From: Candidatus Latescibacterota bacterium
Lineage (GTDB): Bacteria > Latescibacterota > UBA2968 > GCA-2709665
Length of the DNA: 64,000 bases
Reading direction: 5' to 3'
Assembly: GCA_965237675.1 (NCBI GenBank)
Contig: OZ250150.1
Location: forward strand, 1,664,001 to 1,728,000
Part shown: piece by piece, positions 1-10,131 of the stretch
Layout: every line of letters begins with the position of its first letter
Numbering within the stretch: position 1 is the first letter of the stretch
Position numbers and translations under genes: made by a program
Notes under the pieces: generated by a model
Told to the model about the DNA's origin: nothing
Seen by the model: the letters and a program-made list of their open reading frames with translations, nothing else
Database searches by the model: none

Positions 1-1237
1 GGTTGCTCACGGCGTCGCCGCCGGCGTATCCTTCCAGACTCCGGTTTTCGTCCGCATATTGCAGCAACGAATCCACGGACAGACCATCGGGATTGTAGAT
101 TCCGGTGGTCACATCGCTCACGCCCACCACCCTGACACCGCAGGCTTCCAGGAATCGCGCCGCATTGCTGCCCACGTTTCCGAACCCCTGGACAATGGCG
201 GTTGCGCCGCTCAAGTCCATCCCGATATGTTTGGCCGCCTCCTCCACCAGATACACCAGCCCCCGTCCCGTCGCCTCACGGCGTCCTTCGGAGCCGCCCA
301 GCACCACCGGCTTCCCTGTGACGACCGCAGGAACGGTATGTCCCATCTGGTGGCTGTAGGTGTCCATCATCCAGGCCATTACGTGTTCGTCGGTGCCCAT
401 ATCCGGCGCGGGGATATCTTTTTGCGGTCCGATAACGTCGATGATCTCCGAGGTATACCGGCGCGTGAGGCGCTGCAGTTCGGGGCGTGAGAGTACGGTC
501 GGATCGATCCGTACTCCGCCCTTGGCGCCGCCAAACGGCAGGTTCATCAGAGCGCACTTCCACGTCATCCACATGGCCAGGGCGGTTACCTCGCCCAGGT
601 TCACGTCCTGATGATAGCGCACGCCGCCCTTGGTGGGGCCCATTGTCAACAGATGCTGAATCCGATAACCCGAGACCGTTTCCACCTGATCGTGTTCATC
701 CCGCCGGAACGGAAAGGTGACCACGTGGGTGCGCTGAGGAAACAACAGCCGCTGCCGGATGTTGTCGTCCAGTTCCATCAGGTGGGCGGCCTTCAGAAAC
801 TGCTGCTGCGCCAGCCGGAACATCGGCGACTCCCATTCGGCGTGCAGCGCCCGGCTGCGTTCAACGGCGTATCGGATCGACCTCACCAGCACCGTGCTGT
901 TCAACTTCGATTTCACGAGATAATCCTGCGCGCCCGCCTGAACGGCACGAGCCGCCAGTTTTATGTCCTTCAGGCTGGACAGGATCACAACCGTCAGGTC
1001 CGGATACGCGGCGCGGACCCGGAAATAGGTGTCCAGATCCTCGCTGTCGGGCAGCACCAGGTCCAGCAGCAGCAACTCGTATCCGTCCGCCGCAAGCCGG
1101 TTCAGCCCGGCCGCGAGCGTATTCGCCGCATCCACCTCGAATACCGGACCGTGTGATTCGGAGAGCAGTTCTCGAATCAAGCGCGTGTGCAGGGGATTGT
1201 CTTCAATCAACAACGTCTTTAGGTTCGTTCCAGGCAT
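1..1237 (-). CDS. gdhA: Receiver (REC) domain fused to Glu/Leu/Phe/Val (glutamate) dehydrogenase; 3' end runs off the window
   Basis: Manual translation from ATG 1237 (not in ORF track): MPGTNLKTLLIEDN...LLLLDLVLPD...VILSS...AGAQDYLVK (REC), then in frame GPTKGGVRYH, MTWKCA, PFGGAKGG, DIPAPDMGT, TGKP..GGS.GRREATGRG, VQGFGNVG (GDH). Confidence 0.92.
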   Translation of the reverse strand, partial: MPGTNLKTLLIEDNPLHTRLIRELLSESHGPVFEVDAANTLAAGLNRLAADGYELLLLDLVLPDSEDLDTYFRVRAAYPDLTVVILSSLKDIKLAARAVQAGAQDYLVKSKLNSTVLVRSIRYAVERSRALHAEWESPMFRLAQQQFLKAAHLMELDDNIRQRLLFPQRTHVVTFPFRRDEHDQVETVSGYRIQHLLTMGPTKGGVRYHQDVNLGEVTALAMWMTWKCALMNLPFGGAKGGVRIDPTVLSRPELQRLTRRYTSEIIDVIGPQKDIPAPDMGTDEHVMAWMMDTYSHQMGHTVPAVVTGKPVVLGGSEGRREATGRGLVYLVEEAAKHIGMDLSGATAIVQGFGNVGSNAARFLEACGVRVVGVSDVTTGIYNPDGLSVDSLLQYADENRSLEGYAGGDAVSN

Positions 1238-1477
1238 GGTTCCATTGCCCACGCAATTTCAGGTGCGTTTAAGGTACGACCGCGGTACATCGAATATTTA
1301 GCCCTATTGCCGATTCCAGTCAAGTCCAAAGCGCCGCATGAGACGCATTTATGCAATTCGACCTGGTATTTCCTGTGGAAACAGGTAGGGATTCTCCGAT
1401 GCCCCGCCCGTTTTTCGTCACGAAACCTATCCTGAGGATTTAGACGAATAGATCCATCTCCGGTTGCACGTTATCCG

Positions 1478-2446
1478 TCATCGGCTGCCCCGTCGCAGAT
1501 CCAGCCAGTCCACCTCCCCAGGCGTAAGCGGGATATCCAGAGCCTCGAGGTTTAGCCGGCTCTCGTCGACCGACCTGCAACCGGCCACGGTGAAGAGGTT
1601 CAGCGGCTGGTTGACGAGAAACGCGAGCGCGATCTGCGCCACGGTCTTTCCGCGCTCGTTGGCAAGTTCGACCGCGCGGTCCAGCCGCTTGAAGTTCTCT
1701 TCGTACCCGTAGACCTGCGCGCAGCCTTCCGTCATTTCATTCACCATCTCCGTGATATTTTCGCGCCCCAAAAGACCGGAGAAAAAGCCCTGCGCCAGGC
1801 TGGACCAGGAAAACACCGGCATCCGCGATTGCTGGTACCAGGCCCGTTCCTCAGCCCCCCGAGGGCCGGAGATACTCAGACAGCCCTCCCAGATCTCCTT
1901 CAGGCGCACGGCCAGGCTGAAATTCGGACTGCTGGCCACAAAGGGCCTCAGGCCGTGGGTCTCCGCGTACAAATTCGCTTCACGGATGCGATTCACCGAC
2001 CAGTTGGATCCGCCGAAAGCACGGATACGCCCTTCGGACATGTGCTCGTTCAGCGCCTCCACGAGCGGCCCCACGGGCACCCCGAGATCGTCCCGATGAA
2101 GCATGTAGAGGTCGATGTAATCGGTTTTGAGCCGCGCGAGCGAATCGAACAGGTCGGACGCGATGTCGAAAACCGTCACGCGGCGCCGGTCCGCATTGTG
2201 ATGACCGCCCTTGCTCAGAATGAATACCTCGTTTCGATTTCCTCGCCGATCCATCCAGGCGCCTAGCGTCCGCTCCGCCTGTCCGTTCCCATATATCTGC
2301 GCGGTATCAAAGCTGTTGCAACCCAGCGCCCGAATCCCGTCAAGAAACGCGATGCTCGCCTCCAGGTCGTCCGTCGACAACATCAACGTACCCTGTACCA
2401 GCCGGGAAACCGGTTTGTCAATCCCTCCAACGCGTCCGTACTTCAT
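1478..2446 (-). CDS. Aldo/keto reductase
   Basis: FDTAQIYG, SKGG, SLARLKTDYIDLYMLH, GGSNW, AQIALAF; GGAGG at 2452-2456 favours the MKYG start at 2446. Confidence 0.9.
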   Translation of the reverse strand: MKYGRVGGIDKPVSRLVQGTLMLSTDDLEASIAFLDGIRALGCNSFDTAQIYGNGQAERTLGAWMDRRGNRNEVFILSKGGHHNADRRRVTVFDIASDLFDSLARLKTDYIDLYMLHRDDLGVPVGPLVEALNEHMSEGRIRAFGGSNWSVNRIREANLYAETHGLRPFVASSPNFSLAVRLKEIWEGCLSISGPRGAEERAWYQQSRMPVFSWSSLAQGFFSGLLGRENITEMVNEMTEGCAQVYGYEENFKRLDRAVELANERGKTVAQIALAFLVNQPLNLFTVAGCRSVDESRLNLEALDIPLTPGEVDWLDLRRGSR

Positions 2447-2456
2447 CGGTTCCTCC

Positions 2457-2483
2457 ATATTATATTTAGTATAAATATAATAT
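2457..2483. promoter_or_regulatory. AT-only 12-bp inverted repeat, candidate operator/promoter element
   Basis: ATATTATATTTA-gta-TAAATATAATAT directly upstream of the AKR ribosome-binding site. Confidence 0.4.
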
Positions 2484-2590
2484 AAAAGGTATGTATCGCG
2501 TCGAAGAAGCTATCAGCTGTCAGCCGTCAGCTAACACTGGAAAGCGATAAGGCCTGGCGATGTCGACCATCGATATCTGCACCGTTACGT

Positions 2591-2695
2591 GGGCAACTTT
2601 GAAAGTTGCCCCTACAAATTCAACAACGGCGCGTAACACGGCGAAATTAATATCACGGATGTCCGGTTTTTGTAGGGGCGGTTCGAGAACCGCCC
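2591..2695. repeat. Pair of GTAG-type REP-like hairpins in inverted orientation
   Basis: GGGCAACTTTgAAAGTTGCCC-CTAC (2591-2615) and GTAG-GGGCGGTTCgaGAACCGCCC (2672-2695). Confidence 0.6.
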
Positions 2696-3392
2696 GCCCG
2701 GCGCCGCGGCGGAAGGGAGAAGGGCAAAACCAAATTTAAAATCCTCACCTCCACAAATTCCCTGCCTCCGGCGGGTTCCTTAAAACCGTGAGACGTAAGA
2801 CGGTAGAGGTAAGAAGGCCACTCAGCCACCCACCGGTTACGCGCCCTCTTTCGCGATCCACTTCTGTATTCCCTTTAGCGAAAGTCCGGCTCCGAGGGTG
2901 TCATATGACAAAGTTACCAACCCCTCTCCCTTCTTGCCTCTTTCTTCTTACCACATTATGTAACCAAAAGTCGCCGCTCGGCGCGGGGCCGTTCATATGC
3001 ACAGCGCGAATTGCCTCACGGGATGCACATAATCTGCTGCCCTACCATCGAAGGCGGATATCGAGGTTCCGTGCGGGACGGAACCTCGCGCTCTGCTATA
3101 TAAGCGCTCTGGAATACGGTCGCGTTCGAAACCGGCTTGGCTTCCTGAGTACGAGGAGCAATTAGCCGTCAGCAGTCAGCTTGAAGCAAAACCGAAAACC
3201 ATACAGAGAGAGGCGAACAGCAATCAACAAAGGCGGTTCGACCCACAATCCACGCGACTGTCCAAACCGGTCAACCACCAGCCAGCCCGGTCTGGCTGAA
3301 GGGAGAGTAGATGCCTGTGGCCGCCCGGAACGCAGCATAAGGGATGAATTGTCGGCAGAATACCGGCGTATTTAAGAGGCCGGACTCTAAGG

Positions 3393-4385
3393 TTATTCCA
3401 TCGGGAATTTCAGCGCTATCCGGTCGCGGACCCTATCCATCGTACCCATGATCGCAACGGTCTCATCCAGCGGAATAACGTCGCTTTCCAGTTTCCCGTC
3501 ACGCAAATAACGTCCCACCGCTTCCGCCTGGCAGTTGTAGCCATTCCCGGCGTACCGTCGCTCGGCCACCGTCTCCTTGCCGTTTCTCACCAGCGACGCG
3601 GTCGTACCACGCCAGAACGGCGGATGGATGCGGATCATCCCATTCCTTCCCATAATATATGCACAGTGAGGCGTGCTGCATTGGATCGACGTATACAGCA
3701 GGGCCATCTCTCCCCTATCGTATCCGAGCATGATCCCGGCCTGCTCGTCCACCGCCAATTCACCGATATGCGCCATGCTTACGACCCGCGACGGCTGGCG
3801 TTGGAACACCATGGACGCGAATGACAGTGTATAGATGCCCACGTCCATCAGCGCACCGCCGCCCAGCGCGGGATCGTAGAGGCGGGGTTTTGAAGTGCCG
3901 GGACTGGATCCGAACCCGAAGTCCGCAGACACCATCCGGACCTCGCCGATCGCGCCTTCACGCAGCCACTGCCTCACCTGGAACATGATCGGCAGAAAGC
4001 GCGTCCACATGGCCTCCATCAGAAAAAGGCCCTCCTCACGCGCCACCGCAACGACTTCTTCGGCCTCCGAACGATTTATCGTAAAGGGCTTCTCGCACAG
4101 TACCGGCTTCCCCGCCTTCAGGCACAGGATACTGTTCTCTTTGTGGAGTGAATGCGGTGTGGCAACGTAGATGACATCGACTTCCGGATCGTTCGCCAGA
4201 TCCGCATAGCACGGGTGTCGCCGTGGAATACCGAATTCATTTCCGAACGTATCCGCCGCTTCCTGCGTCCGCGATCCCACGGCGACCAGTTGCACATCCG
4301 GAACCGCTTCCAGGCCCTTCGCAAACGACCTTGCAATCGACGCCGTGCTCAATATGCCCCACCGGATTCTGTCGCCCATCTCCAT
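3393..4385 (-). CDS. Gfo/Idh/MocA family oxidoreductase
   Basis: RWGILST, YVATPH, VLCEKP, LMEAMWTRF, GGGALMDVGIY. Confidence 0.93.
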   Translation of the reverse strand: MEMGDRIRWGILSTASIARSFAKGLEAVPDVQLVAVGSRTQEAADTFGNEFGIPRRHPCYADLANDPEVDVIYVATPHSLHKENSILCLKAGKPVLCEKPFTINRSEAEEVVAVAREEGLFLMEAMWTRFLPIMFQVRQWLREGAIGEVRMVSADFGFGSSPGTSKPRLYDPALGGGALMDVGIYTLSFASMVFQRQPSRVVSMAHIGELAVDEQAGIMLGYDRGEMALLYTSIQCSTPHCAYIMGRNGMIRIHPPFWRGTTASLVRNGKETVAERRYAGNGYNCQAEAVGRYLRDGKLESDVIPLDETVAIMGTMDRVRDRIALKFPME

Positions 4386-4455
4386 TCCTCACTCGTGATT
4401 TTCTGGCCTGGCGGATTCGCGTAATCGGCCGAAACGGCGGATTGACCACCCACGT

Positions 4456-6327
4456 TCAACTTCCGGCGCTGGAGGACGTTCCTTCCCGCCAGGACGGCAG
4501 CACACCTGGCAATAGCGCCTCCAGTTGTGCCAGCGGTTCCTCCAGGCTGCGAATCGCGCGCACCCAGAATTCCGGCTGATCCAGGGCGCTGCCGATACTT
4601 CGTTTCGCCACATTCTCGGCCGTGTCTTTGCCCGTCAGCCGCAAGAACTTCTCGTACCGGGGCAGGAAGTCCGGCCCTTCCTTCTTGAACATTGCAAAAA
4701 GCCCACGGCTCAACAGATAGCCGAATGTATAGGGAAAATTGTAAAACGTAACGCCCGTAATGTAAAAATGCAGCTTGGATGCCCAGAAATAGGGATCCTC
4801 GCCCCCAACCTGAAGCACCTCGCCAAACACCCTGCGCTGCTTTTCCGCCATCAACGCCTTTAGCTGAGACACGCTCAACTCTCCGCTGCCCCTCTCCTCG
4901 TACAGCGCCCTTTCGAACTCAAACCGCACCGGAATATCCAACAGGTATGCCCCCGCGTGGCCCACCTCCGAGTCTAGAATCACCGCCCTCTGCAGGTCAT
5001 CCATTTCCGGATCTGAAAGAACCCCGTCGGCCAGAATCATCTCCGCGAACGTGGAGGCCGACTCCGCCAGCGTCATCGGGTACCCCCGCGCGAACGGACG
5101 CAGATCGCGCATGACATGGCTGTGAAACGCGTGTCCGGCCTCGTGCGCCAGGGTCAGTGCGTCACCCATGGTCCGGTTATACGTCATAAAGATCCGCGAC
5201 TCCGAGATCATCGACGAACCAGTACAAAAACCACCGGGACGTTTTCCCGGACGCGGTTCATAGTCGATCCACCGCTTGTCGTACATCTGCTGTGTAAACC
5301 GTCCCAGCGCGGGATAAGCCCGTGCGAATGCCCGCTGCACCAGGCCCTTGCCCTCATCCCAATCCATTGGCGACACGTCGGGAAACGGCAGCGGCGCTCC
5401 CAGATCAAACCAGGACACTTTTTCGATGCCCATTGCCTTTGCCTTGAAACGCAAAATCCGGCGCCCAAGCTCAACCTCGGAAAAGATCGCTTCGAACATG
5501 GCGTCCAGCGTCTTCCGCGTGATGGCGGACTGGAACAGGGCCACCTCCAGGAAATGTGGAACTCTCCGGTACCGATTCAACGTCAGTCGCGCGCCGGATA
5601 TCGCATTGAGTGCGGCCGCCGTCACGTCCTCAACGCTTTGCCACGCGGCGTTGCCGCCCTCGAATGCAGCCTTGCGGACCCGCCGATCCGGATTTTCCAT
5701 CAACGACCGCCGCTGGGAAATGGGCAGCGTCTCGGTCCGTTCATCCGGAAACCTCATTTCAAACTCGAGCTTTCCGGACAGGGTGTCGTAAAGCCGGCCC
5801 CACGCCGATAACCCATCCACCCTCAGGTCCGCGGCCAGTGCCTCGCGCTCCGAATCCATCGTATATCGCGCCTCCCGGCGCATCCGTCCTAGGAAATAGC
5901 CGGCGTCCGATAGCGCCTCCCGGCCGGCGAACGTCTTGAAGCTGCCGTCGGATGCCGTTTTCAAACCCCGCAACAGCTCGGTCTGCAGTTTTGAGCCCTC
6001 GGCGTATTGGAGCGTCAGGGCGGCTTCCTCCTTCAAATACGCCTCGTTCCGCGCGTCCGCCGCCGTCAGACATCCCACGTACGATCCGAGATGACGCAGC
6101 CGCGTAAACAGGTCCTCGCTTCGGAGAAAGATGTCCTCCCACGTATCTACGTTGTCCTCCGCCAGCGGCGGCAGCGCCCTTGCTTTATCCAATAGATCCC
6201 GGGTATCCCGTTCCAGGGATTCCTTGAACCGCACCATCTTCGGCCCGTTGAACGCCGGGAAATAACTCGTCAGATCCCAGTTCATCTCCTGCTCGGCATC
6301 TTTCCTCACCATGCGCGCGTTCCTCAT
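4456..6327 (-). CDS. pepF: M3 family oligoendopeptidase F
   Basis: WDL N-terminus, GKRPGGFC, TLAHEAGHAFH, LAESASTFAE, FYNFPYTFG; ATG 6327 overlaps the upstream stop (ATGA). Confidence 0.9.
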   Translation of the reverse strand: MRNARMVRKDAEQEMNWDLTSYFPAFNGPKMVRFKESLERDTRDLLDKARALPPLAEDNVDTWEDIFLRSEDLFTRLRHLGSYVGCLTAADARNEAYLKEEAALTLQYAEGSKLQTELLRGLKTASDGSFKTFAGREALSDAGYFLGRMRREARYTMDSEREALAADLRVDGLSAWGRLYDTLSGKLEFEMRFPDERTETLPISQRRSLMENPDRRVRKAAFEGGNAAWQSVEDVTAAALNAISGARLTLNRYRRVPHFLEVALFQSAITRKTLDAMFEAIFSEVELGRRILRFKAKAMGIEKVSWFDLGAPLPFPDVSPMDWDEGKGLVQRAFARAYPALGRFTQQMYDKRWIDYEPRPGKRPGGFCTGSSMISESRIFMTYNRTMGDALTLAHEAGHAFHSHVMRDLRPFARGYPMTLAESASTFAEMILADGVLSDPEMDDLQRAVILDSEVGHAGAYLLDIPVRFEFERALYEERGSGELSVSQLKALMAEKQRRVFGEVLQVGGEDPYFWASKLHFYITGVTFYNFPYTFGYLLSRGLFAMFKKEGPDFLPRYEKFLRLTGKDTAENVAKRSIGSALDQPEFWVRAIRSLEEPLAQLEALLPGVLPSWREGTSSSAGS

Positions 6328-7460
6328 GTATTTAGATCCAGCCCCAGAATCCTCGCGGTGGTCCCGCCCATAATCATCCTCAGGTCGTCCTCGCTCAATG
6401 AATCGCAATACTTCTCAATCCAATTCCTCGACTGCCGGTACGTACAGAAACGATTCTGAAACGGCATATCCGTGCCCCAGTTCAGGTGATCGGCGCCCAC
6501 GTGTTCCACCATGGACTCCAGTACCGGCCGCACCTCCCGGTATGGAAAGTCGAACCCATCACCAATTCGCACGGGGAAGCAGACCTCCAGATTACAGTTC
6601 GGACTTTCAAACGGCAGCCAGATCTCCCGGGGCATGGGCAGAAACGCTCCGTCCTCGACGAACGCGCGCCACGGGAATCCGTGCGTTAAATTCACGACCG
6701 CATCGGGATATCGTTCCATCCAGCGTATCAACACCTTTTGCTCGTCCAGATACCCCTGGCGGGCGCCCTTCGGCGTCATCCGCCGCGTGACGTCCCCCGG
6801 ACCGGAACCCAGCGTAAAGAAAATGGGCACGCCCAAAGAGGTCGCCGCATCCCAGAACGGACGGCAGGATGCCGCATCCCACGGCTCCGTCGTGCCGAAA
6901 TAGGCCGGCCGGGCGTTGAACTTGATGGCGTGGAGCCCATGTTCCTGAATGCCTGTCTGGAGTTCCTGAATCACGGCATCCGTCTCGGACCGGATGCGCC
7001 ACTCGTCCACGGGCGCCATGGATCGGAGCCGGTCCGGGTACTGTCGCACGCAATCGGCCAGGAATTCACTGTTGCGGGTCAACATCGGATTCGTGTGGAT
7101 GAGCGCCATGTCGACGTCCGCGTAATCCATCTCAGCGATCAGGCTGTGTGGCGTATACTCCAGGTTCGTCAGATTGGGCGGATAAAACTGCTTGGTATAG
7201 TCCTCCCCGTCGATGGTCCAGAGTACCCGCCCTTTCAGTTTATCCACTCGAAAGTTCACATCGGGCAGTTTCCACAGGAACTCGTAATCCGGCGGGATCA
7301 ATCCGTCCGAAGTCGCCGGCGCCCGATCTCTCACGCGCCAGGCCGGCTGCTGGTGCAGGCCCTGAGCCTCCTGGATCCAACTCAAATGCGCATTGCTGGT
7401 TTCGAAACCGGCCGGCGCATCTCCAGGCTCAAAACAATACGCGTGGGAATCGATAATCAT
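6324..7460 (-). CDS. Amidohydrolase_2-type protein
   Basis: MIIDSHAY (second His of HxH replaced), LTHGFP, WGTDMP, IMGGT; GGAGG upstream of 7460. Confidence 0.82.
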   Translation of the reverse strand: MIIDSHAYCFEPGDAPAGFETSNAHLSWIQEAQGLHQQPAWRVRDRAPATSDGLIPPDYEFLWKLPDVNFRVDKLKGRVLWTIDGEDYTKQFYPPNLTNLEYTPHSLIAEMDYADVDMALIHTNPMLTRNSEFLADCVRQYPDRLRSMAPVDEWRIRSETDAVIQELQTGIQEHGLHAIKFNARPAYFGTTEPWDAASCRPFWDAATSLGVPIFFTLGSGPGDVTRRMTPKGARQGYLDEQKVLIRWMERYPDAVVNLTHGFPWRAFVEDGAFLPMPREIWLPFESPNCNLEVCFPVRIGDGFDFPYREVRPVLESMVEHVGADHLNWGTDMPFQNRFCTYRQSRNWIEKYCDSLSEDDLRMIMGGTTARILGLDLNT

Positions 7461-7687
7461 TGCACACCTCCCGGTGTTCTGCTCCGGAAATATGTCACCA
7501 TTCTTCCGCCTGTCTGTGTGCAGGTCTTCCGCACAGGCAGGCCGGTTCATACCGTCTCCCTGCGTTGCTTGCGCTGAGCTTGTCGAAGTGCCTTCACTCG
7601 CCGACCTTGGGCAGGTCGCAGGTGCCTTGCGAGCCGGGCGACTCGTCGGCCGAATTTCGGCAATCTATTCCCGGGACAGAACAATAG

Positions 7688-8488
7688 CTATGCCGCGACC
7701 TGTTCGGGCATCAATGCGCTCTCTCCGAAGATCATCGAGAATGATGATTTGCGACTGGAGCGGGTTCGTGCGTCAATATAACACGCGCTGAACGCCCGCC
7801 TGGCGATATCCATCCGGTTCACCCCGGACCGGTGCAGCAGCCAGTTGTGCAGAATCACGACCTCCCCCGGATCCATTGTCAGGTCCGCGATCCTTTCTTC
7901 GGGGCACAAGTCCCGTTCCTGTTTGCCCGTAATGGTATGTCCATGCCCGCTCAGAATCCCCAACTGATGCGAACCCGGCACCACCTGCACGCATCCATTC
8001 TCCGGTTTGGCCGGGTCCAGCGCCGTCCAGATCGTCACCAGCGGATCCCGATCCACATGCCACGAACCCCCGCCGTCCTGATGCCAGGGCAGATCGGAAC
8101 CCTGATGTGCCGGTTTGTTCATGAACATTGCCCGAAAACAGGCGATCGATGCGTGGGCTCCGTAGATATACGCGCAGATTTCCCTGAAAACAGGCTTCTT
8201 CATATAGGATAAAAATAAGGGATCGAACTCCAGCCCCTGGATCTTGCGATAGCCCAGACTCGCCCCCTGATGGCCGATTCCACCGCCCTTCACGTCGTCA
8301 TACCGGTCGGTGTTCGGATCCAACTGCATCGTCAGCCGGTCATAATCCAGCGGCGCCCGACCCAGCATGATCTCGTCGATTCGCCGCTGCAACCCCGCCA
8401 GTTCCCCCTCGCTGCACTGCCTGCCGATTTTCAGAAACCCGTTCCGGTGGTAGTCACTCCATTGGTCCTGCGAAATCATACGCTTCAT
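7688..8488 (-). CDS. Phytanoyl-CoA dioxygenase (PhyH) family protein
   Basis: WHQD (HxD), TIWTALD, NGC.QVVPGSH, LHRSGVN, RRAF. Confidence 0.9.
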   Translation of the reverse strand: MKRMISQDQWSDYHRNGFLKIGRQCSEGELAGLQRRIDEIMLGRAPLDYDRLTMQLDPNTDRYDDVKGGGIGHQGASLGYRKIQGLEFDPLFLSYMKKPVFREICAYIYGAHASIACFRAMFMNKPAHQGSDLPWHQDGGGSWHVDRDPLVTIWTALDPAKPENGCVQVVPGSHQLGILSGHGHTITGKQERDLCPEERIADLTMDPGEVVILHNWLLHRSGVNRMDIARRAFSACYIDARTRSSRKSSFSMIFGESALMPEQVAA

Positions 8489-8556
8489 AGGGTTTCCTCC
8501 GGTGTAGATTGTAAACGAAAAGTGGGTGCCAAGGCGGTCAGCTCCGTACGTCTTCG

Positions 8557-10131
8557 TCACGGCGCAGATACCAACCGGTCCCGTACAACCTGCTTCTGGA
8601 TTTTACCCACCGACGTTCTCGGCAACGTATCCACAAATTCGATGCGTTCCGGCACCTTGAACGCCGCGAGCCGTTTCTTGCAATACGTCCGTATCGCTTC
8701 TTCGCTCAGATCGGCTTCCGGTTTCGACACGACGGCCGCAACGACGCGTTCATCCCGAATCTCGTCAGGCACGCCAATCACGCAGACATCCACGACACCT
8801 TCGCATACCTGAATCACGCCCTCTACTTCGATACTGGAGATATTTTCTCCGGCCCGCTTGATTAAATCCTTTCCACGATCCAGAAAATACAGAAACCCGT
8901 CGTCATCCGCACGCACCGTATCCCCCGAATGCAACCAGGTCCCGTCCGGATGGATTTGAAGGGTTTCGGCCGTTGCCCCGGGATTCTTCAGATAGCCCAG
9001 CATGATCGTTCGTCCCGGAATCCCCTTCACAATCACTTCGCCCGGTGTGCCCACGCCCACTTCCTCACGCTGCTCATCCACCACCTTCACTTCATATCCG
9101 GGTACCGGCTTTCCCATCGCCGGGAGGTTGCGTCTGCCCGTCAAAGGACTCATCACGGGGAGCCCGCACGTCTCCGTCATCCCCCACAACTGCTGCAACG
9201 GGGCCTTGTACCGCCGCCGCCACGTCTCGTACTGCGCGGTGGTGAGATTCTGGGCGAACGTGACGTTCCGGATGCCGTGTGCCGCATCGGTCTTCCGCTC
9301 CGGCTGGTTCAAGAGCATCCGCAACAAGGCCCCGAACATGGCGGCCACGGTGCAGCCGTATTCGATGGCCTGTTCAAAGAACCGGCTCGCGCTGAATCGG
9401 GCCATCACCGCCACACTCGCGCCAGCAATCAGGGACGGCCACAACGCGTGGCATTGCGCCCCCGCGTGAAAGAGCGGGAGCGCAACCAGATGCCGGTCCT
9501 CCCGCCGCAACCCCGTACACCTGGCGAACACCTCCGCGCCATAGATAAAACAGGTATTGGTCAGCATCACCCCTTTGGGCCGCGACGTGGTCCCCGAAGT
9601 ATAGAGGAGTTGCACCACGCCCTCCGCAGAGCCGGCTCCATCCGGCGGTTCGACGCTCTGCCCGGACAGCGCATCTTCATACACCGGATATCCGCCGGGG
9701 ATCATCTCGCCCGTCTCGCAAACCACGGGTACGATCCTGGAATCCGCCGCAACCCGGTTCGCCACATCCAGACACCCTGCCTCCGTAAATATCGCCTTGC
9801 TCTCGGAATGTGCGACAAGGTACGCCAGTTCATCCTCGGTAGACGCCGGATTCGTGGGCATTGCCGTTGCCCCGAGGTGTGATGCGGCAAGTATCAACTG
9901 CGCGTAGGCCGGATGGTTGGACAGGTGAAGATTGAAAACGTCCCCTGCACGGATTCCCAGTTCGATCAGCAGATTGGCCGCCTGATGCACGCTTTGAAGA
10001 AACGTGGCGTACGTCCATCGCAACACGTCCCCGTCTCCCCGTTCGTACACCATCCACTCCTCATCCGGCTGTTGTTCAGCGTAACCCGCAAAATCCTGGT
10101 AGAGCGTGCGATCCCACGCAATGTCCATCAT
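8557..10131 (-). CDS. AMP-binding acyl-CoA ligase, CaiC (crotonobetaine/carnitine-CoA ligase)-like
   Basis: LYTSGTTSRPKGVML, WGMTE, WLHSGD, DLIKRAGENIS, LPRTSVGKIQK; start overlaps the hydratase stop (ATGA). Confidence 0.88.
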   Translation of the reverse strand: MMDIAWDRTLYQDFAGYAEQQPDEEWMVYERGDGDVLRWTYATFLQSVHQAANLLIELGIRAGDVFNLHLSNHPAYAQLILAASHLGATAMPTNPASTEDELAYLVAHSESKAIFTEAGCLDVANRVAADSRIVPVVCETGEMIPGGYPVYEDALSGQSVEPPDGAGSAEGVVQLLYTSGTTSRPKGVMLTNTCFIYGAEVFARCTGLRREDRHLVALPLFHAGAQCHALWPSLIAGASVAVMARFSASRFFEQAIEYGCTVAAMFGALLRMLLNQPERKTDAAHGIRNVTFAQNLTTAQYETWRRRYKAPLQQLWGMTETCGLPVMSPLTGRRNLPAMGKPVPGYEVKVVDEQREEVGVGTPGEVIVKGIPGRTIMLGYLKNPGATAETLQIHPDGTWLHSGDTVRADDDGFLYFLDRGKDLIKRAGENISSIEVEGVIQVCEGVVDVCVIGVPDEIRDERVVAAVVSKPEADLSEEAIRTYCKKRLAAFKVPERIEFVDTLPRTSVGKIQKQVVRDRLVSAP

